From Acidobacteriota bacterium (GTDB lineage Bacteria; Acidobacteriota; Thermoanaerobaculia; Gp7-AA8), in contig JAJXWV010000041.1 of the NCBI GenBank assembly GCA_021781455.1, positions 75,484 through 139,483 on the forward strand: a stretch of DNA of 64,000 nt. Reading direction: 5' to 3'. Made by a program: the position numbers and the translations under genes. The notes beneath the pieces were generated by a model, which worked only from the letters and a program-made list of their open reading frames with translations, searched no databases and was not told the origin of the DNA. Positions 36,060 through 45,946 of the stretch are shown one piece after another; the first letter of the stretch is position 1; each line of letters starts with the position of its first letter.

Positions 36060-37768
36060 TCCGTTCTCCTGAGCCAGGCGGCGCGAATCTCGTTGACCGG
36101 CTCGATGACGCGCAGTTTCACGTCGACACTGCCATCGCGGCGAAGCGTTGCGCGATGCCGCGTCAGCCGTCCGCTCCGCGACGCCGTGATCTCGATCTCG
36201 CTCCCCTCGCCTGCTGCGGCAACGATGCGCTGGACGTCGGCCTCCGAACGCGTGCGCATCGAGTCAATGGCCAGGAGCTCATCCCCCGGCAGGAGACCGG
36301 CGGCCATGGCCGTTCCCCCTCTGACGACCGAATCGACGATCAACGCACCCTCGGCGATTCGAAGTTTTGCGCCGAGCGCCGGATCGCGCGGCGCTGCCTC
36401 GAAGGCAACACCGGCCGCGGCAAACAATTCCTCGTAGGGCGGCCGCTCCGTTCCGTGAACGTAGCGCTGGAAAAATTCATCGAAGCCATTCCCGCCGAGA
36501 AGCCTGACCGCGCACTCGAAGCCGTCCTCCTCGAGGCCACGCCTGCTCTGGCCGTACTCGGACCACAGATGGCGCACGACTTCGTCCAGCGACCTGCCCG
36601 CCCTGGAGCGCAGGGCCAGGTCGAGCATGGCCGCGATCACCTCGCCCTTGTCGTAGAACGAGAACCAGCTGTTTCCCTTGTCATGCGGCCGTGACGGGTC
36701 CTGCAGCCATCCGTCGAAGCTGGCTTGCGCGAGCGACAGGTGGCGCGAGGCGGTCGACGATTCGATCACCCCGATCACCCTGGCGAGATGGTCGAGGTAC
36801 TTCTGCTCGTCGATCACGCCTGCCCGCTCCATGGTCAGCGCCGCGAAATAGGAGGTGACGCCTTCCATCGCCCAGAGCAATCGGGTCGGCGCCTCGGTCG
36901 TGTAGTCATATGGCACGAATGCCGCCGGGACGATCCGCTTGACGTTCCAGAGGTGGAAGAGCTCATGGGCGATGATCGAGAGCAGGTGCTCGTAGCCTTC
37001 GTCTCCCCGCTTCGCTCCGTAGACCGCGTCGCGGCGGGCGACGATGGAGGACGAATCTTCGTGCTCGACACCGTGCCAGCGGTCGCCGACGTGGATGAGG
37101 AAGCGGTACTCCCGCGCGGGGATTTCTCCGAAGATGGCTGACTGGGCACGGGCGATGGCACGCAAGGGCTCGACGTATTGCAGCGTGTCGATCCCCTCGT
37201 CGCCGAGGAAGACCAGGTGGATCGCCGAACCGCAGTCGTCGAACGTGTGATGGGTCATGCGGGGAGCCGCAATCGCAGGCGAGTCGATCAGATGGTCGTA
37301 GTCGCGCGCTTCGAATCGATGCTCGAGGCGATCGCCCCGTGCGGCCGTCGAGAGGTGAGGCAACTGGGTCTCGACTCGCCACTGCCCCGGTGTGCGAACG
37401 AGAAGCACAGCCGGCTCTTCGCGCAGACCTTCGACCATCATGAAGAGGTTCGAGCCGTTGAAGTAGGCCTCGTCCGGGTCGAGGAAGCTCGATCCGGCGT
37501 CGAGCACGCCTGCGTAGTAGCGATAGCGCATTACCACCCGATCGCCGGCACGCACGTCGATCCGCCACGAGGCTTTGCCGTCCTTCCAGACCGCCGCACC
37601 GGCGCTCCATTCGCGCACGTTCATGGCGAAGTTCTCGATCTGGTAGCGCCCCGGCCGCCACGACGGCAGGACCAGCCGTGGACGATCGGCGGGCGCGAGA
37701 AAACGGATCTCGATGTCGTAGAGCCGTTCGGCGGGATCGCTCCACGAGATTTCGTATTCAACGGGCAT
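36056..37768 (-). CDS. M61-family glycyl aminopeptidase with C-terminal PDZ domain
   Basis: Zinc motif HELFHLWNVKRI (HExxH). A C-terminal PDZ-like segment (GDELLAIDSMRTRSEADVQRIVAAAGEGSEIEITASRSG). Confidence 0.8.
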   Translation of the reverse strand: MPVEYEISWSDPAERLYDIEIRFLAPADRPRLVLPSWRPGRYQIENFAMNVREWSAGAAVWKDGKASWRIDVRAGDRVVMRYRYYAGVLDAGSSFLDPDEAYFNGSNLFMMVEGLREEPAVLLVRTPGQWRVETQLPHLSTAARGDRLEHRFEARDYDHLIDSPAIAAPRMTHHTFDDCGSAIHLVFLGDEGIDTLQYVEPLRAIARAQSAIFGEIPAREYRFLIHVGDRWHGVEHEDSSSIVARRDAVYGAKRGDEGYEHLLSIIAHELFHLWNVKRIVPAAFVPYDYTTEAPTRLLWAMEGVTSYFAALTMERAGVIDEQKYLDHLARVIGVIESSTASRHLSLAQASFDGWLQDPSRPHDKGNSWFSFYDKGEVIAAMLDLALRSRAGRSLDEVVRHLWSEYGQSRRGLEEDGFECAVRLLGGNGFDEFFQRYVHGTERPPYEELFAAAGVAFEAAPRDPALGAKLRIAEGALIVDSVVRGGTAMAAGLLPGDELLAIDSMRTRSEADVQRIVAAAGEGSEIEITASRSGRLTRHRATLRRDGSVDVKLRVIEPVNEIRAAWLRRTE

Positions 37769-37935
37769 CGGGGCGGGAATGATACTTCGCGTGAGTGGGA
37801 GCCGCGATTGCGCGACGGCGGCCGCACCAAGCGCAGAATGAAGCGGTTCGAAGGAAGAACAAGTCGCCCACGCCCTTCTTAGTTCTTGGCTCTCCGGGAT
37901 TGGGTCCGGCGAAATTTCGAAGAGGGCACTCCAGG

Positions 37936-38147
37936 CGGCGTAGCCGCCGTAAGAATTTAGCGGCGGCCGTCAGGCCGCCGGAGCAAGCGATCGCATCGGC
38001 GTACGAGGGCACGAAGTGCCCGACAGGAGGCCGGGGAAGCAGACCCGGGATCTGTCGCGCGCTACGCGCGCTCGGACGCTGGGTCGGTCCGATCGGACGG
38101 CGGCCTGGCGGCCGCCGCTAAATTATGCCGGCGGCTCCGCCGCCTCG
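37936..38147. repeat. Family I hairpin element, locus 2. Inverted copies of AATTTAGCGGCGGCCGTCAGGCCGCCG separated by about 115 bp.
   Basis: aatttagcggcggccgtcaggccgccg (37954-37980) and cggcggcctggcggccgccgctaaatt (38098-38124). Like locus 1, a ...ATGCCGGCGGCTCCGCCGCC... extension follows the second copy. The region lies between the divergent M61 peptidase and Ser/Thr kinase genes. Confidence 0.75.
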
Positions 38148-38304
38148 ACAAAGCCCCACTGGCGAGTTAGACGTCAGGCGACTGGGGGTGAGGGGTTCTC
38201 CGCAAACGATCGACTCAGTGGCCATGCAGCAAACGCTCCTTCTCCATGACGGCCCGTCGCGACGGCTAACTCCGGATGCTCGTGTAGAATGCGACGACTC
38301 GCGC

Positions 38305-40761
38305 ATGTCAGATCTTCTGCAGGCGCTCGACCGCTTTGAAATCGTCCGCATCCTCGGAAAAGGCGGCATGGGGACGGTATACCTCGCTCGCGACCCGCGC
38401 CTCGGCCGCTCGGTTGCCCTCAAGGTCCTCAACACCGAGGAGCTCGCCACCGATGAGCAGCGGACGCGGTTCTTGCGCGAGGCCCGCGTGGCTGCAGCCA
38501 TCCGTCACCCAAACGTCGCCACGATCTACGAGGTCGGCGAGACCGACGACGGGCGCCCTTACATCATCATGGAGTACTGCGAGGGCGAAACGCTGGCTCA
38601 GCGGCTGCGGCGCCGACCGCTCGATTCGGGCGAGTTCCTGGCGATCGCGCGCCAGATCACGGCGGGAGTCGCGGCGGCCCACGACAACCACGTCCTGCAC
38701 CGAGACATCAAGGCGGCAAACATCGTCATCGAGCCGACCGGAGCCGTCAAAATTCTCGATTTCGGTCTGGGGAAGCTGCTCGACCGCGATTTCTTTCCGG
38801 GAGAAAAGGCCTCGTTCGAGTCGACCAGCGGGCACTTCTTCGGCACGCTGCACTACCTCGCGCCCGAACAGGCCCGCGGACAGGCCGCGGACGTCCACAG
38901 CGATCTCTTCTCCATCGGCGTCGTCCTCTATCAGATGGCCTCCGGTCACCTGCCGTTCAACGCCGACTCGCCCCTGCTGGTTCTGGAGAAGATTCGCGAC
39001 AGCGAGCCCGAGGCGTTCGTTCCGGTCGATCCGGCGTTTCCTCCTTCCGCTGCGAAGATCATCGGCAGGCTCCTCCAGAAGAATCCTCAGGAGCGGTACC
39101 AGAGCGCGCACGAGCTCCTGGAAGAGCTGGACGGCATCGACGCGCCGACGCTGCGGTACTCGACGCGCCAGACGCGTTCGATGATCGGCCGCACGATCCA
39201 CCGGCCGCACCTCGGCCGCATCGCGCTCATCACCGCCGCTCTGCTGGCCGTGGCCGTCGGCTTCTTCTTCGTCTTCGAGTACGGCAACAAGCCTTCGCTC
39301 GTGACCGTGGCGGCGCCCGCTGCCCCTGGAGTGATCCACTCGATGGCCGTGCTTCCGCTCGAAAATCTCGCCAACAACCAGAAGGACGACTTTCTCTCCG
39401 TCGGTCTGGCAGACGCGCTGGTCACCAAGCTCCAGCAGATTCCAACGCTGCAGGTACGGCCGACGTCCGCAGTGCTGCAGTTCCGTGACGGAAAGACGGA
39501 CGTGAAGACGGCCAGCCAGAAGCTGCAGGTCGACGCCGTCTTGGAGGGTCACTTCCTCGCCGCGGGAGATCTGGTACGAGTGAACCTGCAGCTCACGGAT
39601 GCCAGGACCGGGTACAACGTGTGGGCCGATTCGATCGACGGCAAGCGCGGGAACCTGGTGAAGCTCATCGACGATGTCTCGGCGCGGACTCTCAGCGGCA
39701 TCGACCAGACGCTCGGGCTCGGCGAGCTGCGACAGACGGCCTCCGAGCCGCGCTCGAACAATCCGAAGGCCTTCGAGGCATACCTGAAGGCCCGCGCCCG
39801 CAACGGCACGCTCGTGCCGGCCGACTTCAACGCCGAAGTGGCTTCGCTCAAGCGGGCCATCGAGCTCGATCCGAATTTCGCGGCCGCGTATGCCGACCTG
39901 GCGATCACGCTTTCCCTCGGCACGGCTCGAAGCCTCACCCACGATCCGAACGTGCTGCAGAAAGCGGAGTGGTACGCCCGGCAGGCGGTGCGGCTGGACC
40001 CGAACCTTGCGGAAGCGCATCTCGCGCTGGGACGTGTGTTCGTCCGCTTTCCGGGCCGGTTCCGCGAGTCCGTGCGCGAGAACCTCGCCGCGCTGCGCCT
40101 CAATCCGAGCGAGCCACAGGCTCTCTGGACGATGACCGGCTACTTCGTCTCGACCGGCGAGCTGGAAAAGGCGCAGTGCGTCGGTGAACGGCTGGTGCGG
40201 ATCGATCCGATGTCGAACGAGGCCAAAACGCGTGGCTACTGGTACGTCAACGCGGTCGACCCGGAAGGAGCGCTGGAGAACGCGAAGGCGGCGATGGCCT
40301 CAAAGGACTCGGAACTGGCCGGCCACGACATCCGCGGTGTCGCGTACATCCTGCAGGGAAACATCGTTGCGGCGCAGGCCGAAGCCGATGCCGCTTCGGC
40401 GCTCGTGCCGTCGAGCTATCTGGGAAAGAGTCTGCGCGCCATGACGGCTGCGGCGCGTGGTGACCGTGCAGGGGCCGAGGCGGCCATCCGCTCCTTCGAG
40501 GCAGACGCAGAGCGGAACCACTGGGCGGCCATCCGAGTGGCCCTCTGCTATGCGAAGCTCGGCGACCGCGATCTCGCCATTCAGTGGCTGAAGAAATCAG
40601 CGGAGCTCGGCCACCACAGCTGGTACGAGCTGATCAAACATCCCTGGTTCCAGCCGCTGCAGAGCGACCCCGAGTTCCAGCAGATCGTGGCCGGAATCAA
40701 GGCCGATCTCGACGACGTCCGCGACGACGTGGTCGGCGTGTATCAGCTGATTTGCCACTGA
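38305..40761 (+). CDS. Ser/Thr protein kinase with C-terminal TPR-repeat domain
   Basis: Kinase subdomains GKGGMGTVYLA...VALKVL, HRDIKAANIVI, DFGL, APE. A TM segment (IALITAALLAVAVGFFFVF) and then TPR-like repeats. The start at MSDLL (38305) is one of two candidates; the other is 38224. Confidence 0.85.
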   Translation: MSDLLQALDRFEIVRILGKGGMGTVYLARDPRLGRSVALKVLNTEELATDEQRTRFLREARVAAAIRHPNVATIYEVGETDDGRPYIIMEYCEGETLAQRLRRRPLDSGEFLAIARQITAGVAAAHDNHVLHRDIKAANIVIEPTGAVKILDFGLGKLLDRDFFPGEKASFESTSGHFFGTLHYLAPEQARGQAADVHSDLFSIGVVLYQMASGHLPFNADSPLLVLEKIRDSEPEAFVPVDPAFPPSAAKIIGRLLQKNPQERYQSAHELLEELDGIDAPTLRYSTRQTRSMIGRTIHRPHLGRIALITAALLAVAVGFFFVFEYGNKPSLVTVAAPAAPGVIHSMAVLPLENLANNQKDDFLSVGLADALVTKLQQIPTLQVRPTSAVLQFRDGKTDVKTASQKLQVDAVLEGHFLAAGDLVRVNLQLTDARTGYNVWADSIDGKRGNLVKLIDDVSARTLSGIDQTLGLGELRQTASEPRSNNPKAFEAYLKARARNGTLVPADFNAEVASLKRAIELDPNFAAAYADLAITLSLGTARSLTHDPNVLQKAEWYARQAVRLDPNLAEAHLALGRVFVRFPGRFRESVRENLAALRLNPSEPQALWTMTGYFVSTGELEKAQCVGERLVRIDPMSNEAKTRGYWYVNAVDPEGALENAKAAMASKDSELAGHDIRGVAYILQGNIVAAQAEADAASALVPSSYLGKSLRAMTAAARGDRAGAEAAIRSFEADAERNHWAAIRVALCYAKLGDRDLAIQWLKKSAELGHHSWYELIKHPWFQPLQSDPEFQQIVAGIKADLDDVRDDVVGVYQLICH

Positions 40762-40764
40762 CAC

Positions 40765-40867
40765 GAGTGCTGAGTACTGAGTGCTGAGTACTGAGTGGTG
40801 GAACCGGAAGCAGGCCTTTGTTGTGCTCGTGACACTCAGTACTCAGCACTCAGTACTCAGCACTCAG
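40765..40867. repeat. Family A inverted heptamer array, copy A4
   Basis: gagtgctgagtactgagtgctgagtactgagtg + 37-nt spacer + ctcagtactcagcactcagtactcagcactcag. It starts 4 nt after the kinase stop. Confidence 0.85.
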
Positions 40868-40936
40868 ATCCCTTACTCGCCTCGATTCGTGACAGCCCTT
40901 ACCTCCTCCACCCGGTTCTGCGCCACAATTTGGATA

Positions 40937-41779
40937 ATGTCCCAATCTGCGGAGGAGGATCACGTGACCACGCGAACGATGATCGACTGCGAGACGGCTG
41001 CGGGCACCTGGCTGGAACGGCGATTCGACTGTCGACCGTCTGAAGGCGCCACGTTCGAGGCCGCGGTCCGCGAGCGCTTCGCCGCCGATCCGGCGATGCT
41101 GCACATGGCCGATGTCGTCCATGGAGCGATTTTCCCGGAGGATCTCTCCACGGCCGAGTCCCTCGGCCTGCGCCTCTGCCTCGGTGCCGCTGGAGACCTC
41201 GAGCTCGATTCCGCGGCGGTGTTCGATCACACGTGCTTCATCTTCGACGCGCTGCTGGCAAGCGCCAACGCCAAGATTGCTGCGCAGGAGCCGGTGTCCA
41301 CTGATCCTCTGCTCGAACCGGTCAGCGGACTGCCGAATAGTTTTCTCTTTCACGATCGCCTGGCGCAGGCCATCGCCAACGCTCATCGCCGCGATTCGGA
41401 GCTGGCGCTCTGCAGCGTTCAATTCGATTTCGCGAACACCGGCGAAGACCTGCCGCGAATCCTTCGCGAGCTCGCCGATCGCCTCAAGCACTCCGTGCGC
41501 GAAGTCGACACCGTGGCCCGCGTTGCGCGCGACGAGTTTGCGATCGTCGTCACCTCGCTGCGCCGGAGGCTCGACGCCTCGCATGCCCTGCAGACCATGT
41601 GGGACATGGCCTCGGAGCCGTTCGACGTCGGCGACCGCTGCTACCAGATTCCGGTCCGCATCGGCGTGGCCTTCTATCCGGCTCACGGTCATGACCCCGC
41701 ATCGCTGCTGGAATCCTCGCGCGCGGCCGCAGCGGCAGCGGATCCGGTCAGGGTGTTCGGAGAAGAAGAGGGCGGCTGA
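40937..41779 (+). CDS. GGDEF-domain protein with degenerate active site (RDEF instead of GGDEF), likely catalytically inactive
   Basis: GLPNSFLFHDRLAQAI ... ELALCSVQFDFAN ... VARVARDEFAIVV ... RIGVAFYP follows the diguanylate-cyclase fold order, but the signature residues are replaced. Confidence 0.6.
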   Translation: MSQSAEEDHVTTRTMIDCETAAGTWLERRFDCRPSEGATFEAAVRERFAADPAMLHMADVVHGAIFPEDLSTAESLGLRLCLGAAGDLELDSAAVFDHTCFIFDALLASANAKIAAQEPVSTDPLLEPVSGLPNSFLFHDRLAQAIANAHRRDSELALCSVQFDFANTGEDLPRILRELADRLKHSVREVDTVARVARDEFAIVVTSLRRRLDASHALQTMWDMASEPFDVGDRCYQIPVRIGVAFYPAHGHDPASLLESSRAAAAAADPVRVFGEEEGG

Positions 41780-41821
41780 CCCTCTCGTCACTTTGAGCCG
41801 GCGCGGACGGCGGCCGGGACC

Positions 41822-42832
41822 TCAGCAGTTCGTCTTACCCGGCTTCCCTTCCGTCACTTCGAACATGCGGTGCAGCGCGCGCTCGGCAGGGATGCGGATG
41901 TCTTCCGGCACTTCGATCTCGTACTGCATCTTCTCGAGAGAGTCACGGACGTCTTCGAGCGAGGTGACCTTCATGAACGTGCAGAGCTTGCAGCCCTTCA
42001 CGAATTGCTTGTCCGGCACTTCCATCGCCAGGCGGTCGGAGAGACCGCATTCGGTCACGACGAGGAACCGCTTCGCCGACCGCTCCTTCGCATACCTGAC
42101 CATGCCCGAGGTCGAGAGCACGGCATCGGCCAGCCTGGCCACGTCCGGCCTGCACTCGGGATGAACGAGGATCTCGATCCCCGGGTCTGCCTCCCGAATG
42201 CGGCTGATCTCCTCCGGCGTGATCTGCTGGTGCACGTAGCAGAAGCCGTCCCACGGGATGATGTTCTTCTCCGGCACCTGCTCGGCGGCGTGGCTGGCGA
42301 GGTTCCGGTCGGGAACGAAGAGGATGTTCCTGTTGGGCAACGAGCGAACGACTTTCGCCGCGTTTGCCGATGTACAGATGACGTCCGAGAGCGCCTTCAC
42401 GGCCGCGGTGGTGTTGACGTAGCTGACGACGGCCAGATCGGGATACTGCTTCTTCAGCTCTTCGATGCGTGCGGCCAGATCCTCGGCAGGTGCGGAGTCG
42501 GCGAGCTGGCATCCTGCCAGGAGATTCGGCAGCAGCACCGTGCGCGTGGGGTTGAGGATCTTCGCCGTTTCGGCCATGAAGTGAACGCCGCAGAAGCAGA
42601 TGACATCGGCGTCCTTCACGCGCGAAGCCATCAGCGCCAGTTCCAGCGAGTCGCCGACGAAATCTGCGACCTTCAGGATTTCCGGCCGGTAGTAGTTGTG
42701 CGCGACGATGACCGCGTTCCGCTGTGCCTTGAGCGCGCGAATCTCCACATGGAGTGCCTCGAACTCACGGACGTCTTCGGTGGTGTAGTCGTACGTCTTG
42801 ACGCGGCTCAGTTCTTCCAGGAGCGTCGGCAT
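41822..42832 (-). CDS. nadA: Quinolinate synthase A
   Basis: VIVAHNYYRPEI, CGVHFMAETAKIL, FVPDRNLASH and HPECRPDV are typical NadA type-I motifs, including the three Fe-S Cys. Confidence 0.9.
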   Translation of the reverse strand: MPTLLEELSRVKTYDYTTEDVREFEALHVEIRALKAQRNAVIVAHNYYRPEILKVADFVGDSLELALMASRVKDADVICFCGVHFMAETAKILNPTRTVLLPNLLAGCQLADSAPAEDLAARIEELKKQYPDLAVVSYVNTTAAVKALSDVICTSANAAKVVRSLPNRNILFVPDRNLASHAAEQVPEKNIIPWDGFCYVHQQITPEEISRIREADPGIEILVHPECRPDVARLADAVLSTSGMVRYAKERSAKRFLVVTECGLSDRLAMEVPDKQFVKGCKLCTFMKVTSLEDVRDSLEKMQYEIEVPEDIRIPAERALHRMFEVTEGKPGKTNC

Positions 42833-42922
42833 TGCCGTTCCTCAACGGAAGGCGAACGTCGCGCATTTCAACATGGAAAGCGGACGCGCTTGTCCTTCGA
42901 CTCCCGTCCTACCCGCTGCCCG

Positions 42923-43210
42923 CTACTCGCCACGCGCTTGTCTGAGCAGCACCACCGTCGCTCCCCAACCGCCGCCGGTCGGATCCGCGTCGTGGAATTC
43001 TTCGACGAAGTCGAGCTTCCCCAGCAGTGACTGCACGTTTGCGCGCTGCACGCCGATGCCGCGGCCATGGATCAGACGCACCTGCCGGAAGCCGCGCGCC
43101 CGCGCTTCGCGCAGGTACTCCTCGACGACGTCGCGAATTTCGCCTGGCCTAAACGGATGCAGGTCGAGCGTGTCCTCGATCGGGATCTCGACCGGCTCGT
43201 CGTCGTTCAT
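42923..43210 (-). CDS. Smr-domain protein (small MutS-related nuclease domain, about 95 aa)
   Basis: MNDDEPVEIPIEDTLDLHPFRPGEIRDVVEEYLREARARGFRQVRLIHGRGIGVQRANVQSLLGKLDFV, the Smr fold with a conserved LDLHG-like motif. The ORF-track N-terminal extension is discarded. Confidence 0.7.
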   Translation of the reverse strand: MNDDEPVEIPIEDTLDLHPFRPGEIRDVVEEYLREARARGFRQVRLIHGRGIGVQRANVQSLLGKLDFVEEFHDADPTGGGWGATVVLLRQARGE

Positions 43211-43683
43211 TCGAATTCGCGTTTCGGCGCCGCCTGCTCTCGTCCGACGCGCCCCGCCGAGATGTCGGCCACGAAGTAGTTCTCGCCGCGCATCGGAACG
43301 CCGGCCAGGCGACGCAGCATGGCGATCTGGCCGACGTGCGTCAGCGCATCCGCCACCGGTCCCTGAAAGATCCGCTCGACCGGAGCAACCAGCGGCCTGT
43401 CGGATGCGAGGAAGTCGTCGAACCTCCGCAGCGCGTCGTAGAAGCGGTCGCATTCGATGCTCCACGACTGCGGCGTGGAGTCCCGCCACTCCGGCAGTCC
43501 CGCGGCCATCGTCAGCGCCCACTCCAGCAGATCGGCGATGTGGGCCAGGATCGCTACTGGCGTGCGCGTGCCGCCGGCGAAGGATGCGAACGATTCCGGA
43601 GCGTCGCGCACCGCTTTTCCACCCCTGTACGCGAGCGTGGCCACGGTATGGCGCAACAAGTTACGGCGGGCGTCGCTGGGCAT
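43207..43683 (-). CDS. DinB/YfiT-like (DinB_2 superfamily) protein
   Basis: MPSDARRNLLRHTVATLAYRGGKAVRDAPESFASF...HIADLLEW...ALTHVGQIAMLRRL. Only the C-terminal 158 codons of the ORF-track model are kept. Its start overlaps the Smr gene. Confidence 0.55.
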   Translation of the reverse strand: MPSDARRNLLRHTVATLAYRGGKAVRDAPESFASFAGGTRTPVAILAHIADLLEWALTMAAGLPEWRDSTPQSWSIECDRFYDALRRFDDFLASDRPLVAPVERIFQGPVADALTHVGQIAMLRRLAGVPMRGENYFVADISAGRVGREQAAPKREFE

Positions 43684-43737
43684 CGGAGCGGCAATTCTAT
43701 GCGATACTCTCGGCTTCAGTTCGAAGCTGAGGTCTCG

Positions 43738-44904
43738 ATGGTCCTGTTCAATCACGCCACTCGTGAGATGACCGCCAAGATCGTCTATTACGGTCCCGGC
43801 CTGTGCGGGAAGACGACGAATTTGATGGTCATCTTCGACAAGCTCGATCCCAAGCAGAAGGGAAAGATGCTTTCCCTCGCCACCAAGACGGATCGAACGT
43901 TGTTTTTCGACCTTTTGCCCGTCGATATCGGCAAGGTCGGCAATTTCAACCTCAAGATCCAGCTCTACACCGTCCCCGGGCAGGTCTTCTACAACGAGAC
44001 GCGCAAGCTGGTCCTCAAGGGCGCGGATTCGGTTGTGTTCGTCGCCGACTCGCAGCCCGCCATGGTCGACGCCAATCGCGAGAGCTTCGCCAACCTCATG
44101 GAGAACCTCGAAGCCAACCACATCGACGTCCAGGACACCCCGATCATCATCCAGTACAACAAGCGCGACATCCCCGGCGTGCTCCCGGTCGACCAGCTTC
44201 AGGAGCTCCTGGCGTTCGACGGTTATCCCTTTGCGGAGGCTTCCGCAGTCAAGGGTGAAGGGGTCATGGAGACCTTCAAGCTGGCCTCCAAGATCACCGC
44301 CAAGCACCTCATGAACCGGCTCAAGGGTGGCAAGAACGAGCCCGTTCGCAAGGTCGAGGTCAAGCCGGCGCCCGCACCCGCAGCGGCAAAGGGTAAGAAA
44401 GCCGCGCAGCCGCCCGCGGAAGCGCCCGCCCAGGAGGCTCCGCTGCACGGCCTGGCGTTCTCGGACGAACCGATTCCGACCGAAGCGCCGTCGAACCCCT
44501 TCGCCGACTCCGTTCCGTTCCCGGAGTCCGACGTCAATCCCCTCGACGCCGGCTACGAGAAGATGGAAGAGGTCTCCCTCGAGCAGCTTCTGATGGAAGG
44601 CCGCGAGCGCCCCGCGACGATGTCCGGCGCCGTACCGATTCCGGTCGAAGTCGAGGAAGTAGAAGAGCTCGCAGCCGACGAAATGGTCGCGGTCGTCGAG
44701 GAGTCGCCGGTGGCAGTGATGGAGCAGCCCCCACGGCCACCCCGGAAGGCCTCGGGCGACCGCGTCGAGGCACTGGAAGCCGAGGTCAAGGAGCTCAAGG
44801 CCCGCCTCAGCGCCCTGCGCGACGAGCGGCGCATCGCGCTCGAGGCCATCCTCCAGGACCTGAAGGAGCTGACTGAACGAGTTCGCACCCAGCTCGACGC
44901 ATGA
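43738..44904 (+). CDS. MglA-family Ras-like GTPase (about 195 aa) fused to a ~190-aa low-complexity/coiled-coil C-terminal extension
   Basis: MVLFNHATREMTAKIVYYGPGLCGKTTNL...TDRTLFFDLLP...LYTVPGQVFY...IIQYNKRD is collinear with Myxococcus MglA (P-loop, switch regions, NKxD). This is followed by KPAPAPAAAKGKKAAQPPAEAP..., an acidic stretch, and a heptad-like EALEAEVKELKARLSALRDERRIALEAILQDLKEL. Confidence 0.8.
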   Translation: MVLFNHATREMTAKIVYYGPGLCGKTTNLMVIFDKLDPKQKGKMLSLATKTDRTLFFDLLPVDIGKVGNFNLKIQLYTVPGQVFYNETRKLVLKGADSVVFVADSQPAMVDANRESFANLMENLEANHIDVQDTPIIIQYNKRDIPGVLPVDQLQELLAFDGYPFAEASAVKGEGVMETFKLASKITAKHLMNRLKGGKNEPVRKVEVKPAPAPAAAKGKKAAQPPAEAPAQEAPLHGLAFSDEPIPTEAPSNPFADSVPFPESDVNPLDAGYEKMEEVSLEQLLMEGRERPATMSGAVPIPVEVEEVEELAADEMVAVVEESPVAVMEQPPRPPRKASGDRVEALEAEVKELKARLSALRDERRIALEAILQDLKELTERVRTQLDA

Positions 44905-44968
44905 CCAGACGAAACAAGGACCGCGCGGCCCTCATCTCCGCGCAATGAACATTGGAGGACTGAACGAC

Positions 44969-45760
44969 ATGCGGCGCATTCTCCCCATTGCACTCGCCCT
45001 CTCGGTTGCACTCATCGGTTGTAAGGCCAAGGAGATGATGGACAAGGCGTCCATCGCCAGCGATCTCCACAAGCGCGGCACGGTGGACCTCATGAAAGAG
45101 GTTTCCGAGGACAAGTACACGCCGCCCGCCGACGGAAAGCTCACGGATGCTCAGGTGCAGATGTACCTGAAGGTGCGGGACCACGAGAAGCAGATCGCGC
45201 AGGTCGCAAAACAGGAACTGCAGCAGCATGCCGACGCCGCCAAAAAAGCCGGCGACAAGTCGATCGGCGGAATGATGGAAGGGTTCAAGGGCCTGAGCGC
45301 GCTCGGCGAGCTGGCCACCGCGGACGTCCGCGCCGCGAAGGACCTCAAGTACAACACGCAGGAATACCTGTGGGTCAAAGGCAAGATCCTCGAGGCCAGC
45401 ACCTCGGCGGCCGCGGAGAAGATGACCGAGGCCATGAACGCCAACATGGACGCGTCGTACCAGCAGATGAAGAAGTCCTACGACGAGGCCAAGGACGAGC
45501 AGACCAGGAAGGTCTACGCAGACATGCTCGCCAACTTCGACAAGTCGAAGCAGGAGATGGCCCAGAAGAAGGAGAAGGAAGATCCCGCATTGGCGTACAA
45601 CAGACAGCTCCTTTCGAAGTACGAGGGCGCGCTGAATGCCTGGGCGCAGGAAATGGCGAAATACGAAGACAAGCCCGGCGAAGCGCAGAAGAACGTCGAT
45701 CAGTGGTCGAAGGACGTGGACAAGAGCATCCAGGACGCGAAGGCGAAGGCGAAGCAGTAG
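44969..45760 (+). CDS. Lys/Glu-rich coiled-coil lipoprotein
   Basis: Signal peptide plus lipobox MRRILPIALALSVALIGC. The rest is K/E/A/Q-rich helical sequence. It is followed by a bidirectional terminator hairpin aaaacggcggccgcgggccgccgtttt (45784-45809). Confidence 0.6.
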   Translation: MRRILPIALALSVALIGCKAKEMMDKASIASDLHKRGTVDLMKEVSEDKYTPPADGKLTDAQVQMYLKVRDHEKQIAQVAKQELQQHADAAKKAGDKSIGGMMEGFKGLSALGELATADVRAAKDLKYNTQEYLWVKGKILEASTSAAAEKMTEAMNANMDASYQQMKKSYDEAKDEQTRKVYADMLANFDKSKQEMAQKKEKEDPALAYNRQLLSKYEGALNAWAQEMAKYEDKPGEAQKNVDQWSKDVDKSIQDAKAKAKQ

Positions 45761-45813
45761 GCCTCCCCCAAGCTGGTTTTCGAAAACGGCGGCCGCGGGC
45801 CGCCGTTTTCTCT

Positions 45814-45937
45814 AGTGCTGATTCCTGAGTGCTGAGTACCGAGTTCCGCCGTGCGATCGAGCGCCTCGTTCCGCGTCTCGTACCTGTCGCCCCAATCGCC
45901 GACTCAGTACTCAGCACTCAGTACTCAGTACTAAGAT
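45814..45937. repeat. Family A inverted heptamer array, copy A5 (57-nt spacer)
   Basis: agtgctgattcctgagtgctgagtaccgag ... ctcagtactcagcactcagtactcagtact. Confidence 0.8.
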
Positions 45938-45946
45938 TCGCCCGCC

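Noticed and set aside
43207-44448. The full 413-aa minus-strand ORF of the track.
   Set aside because: Only the C-terminal 158 codons look like a real DinB_2 protein. The N-terminal 255 codons are Arg/Gly/Leu-rich and antisense to the mglA-like gene.
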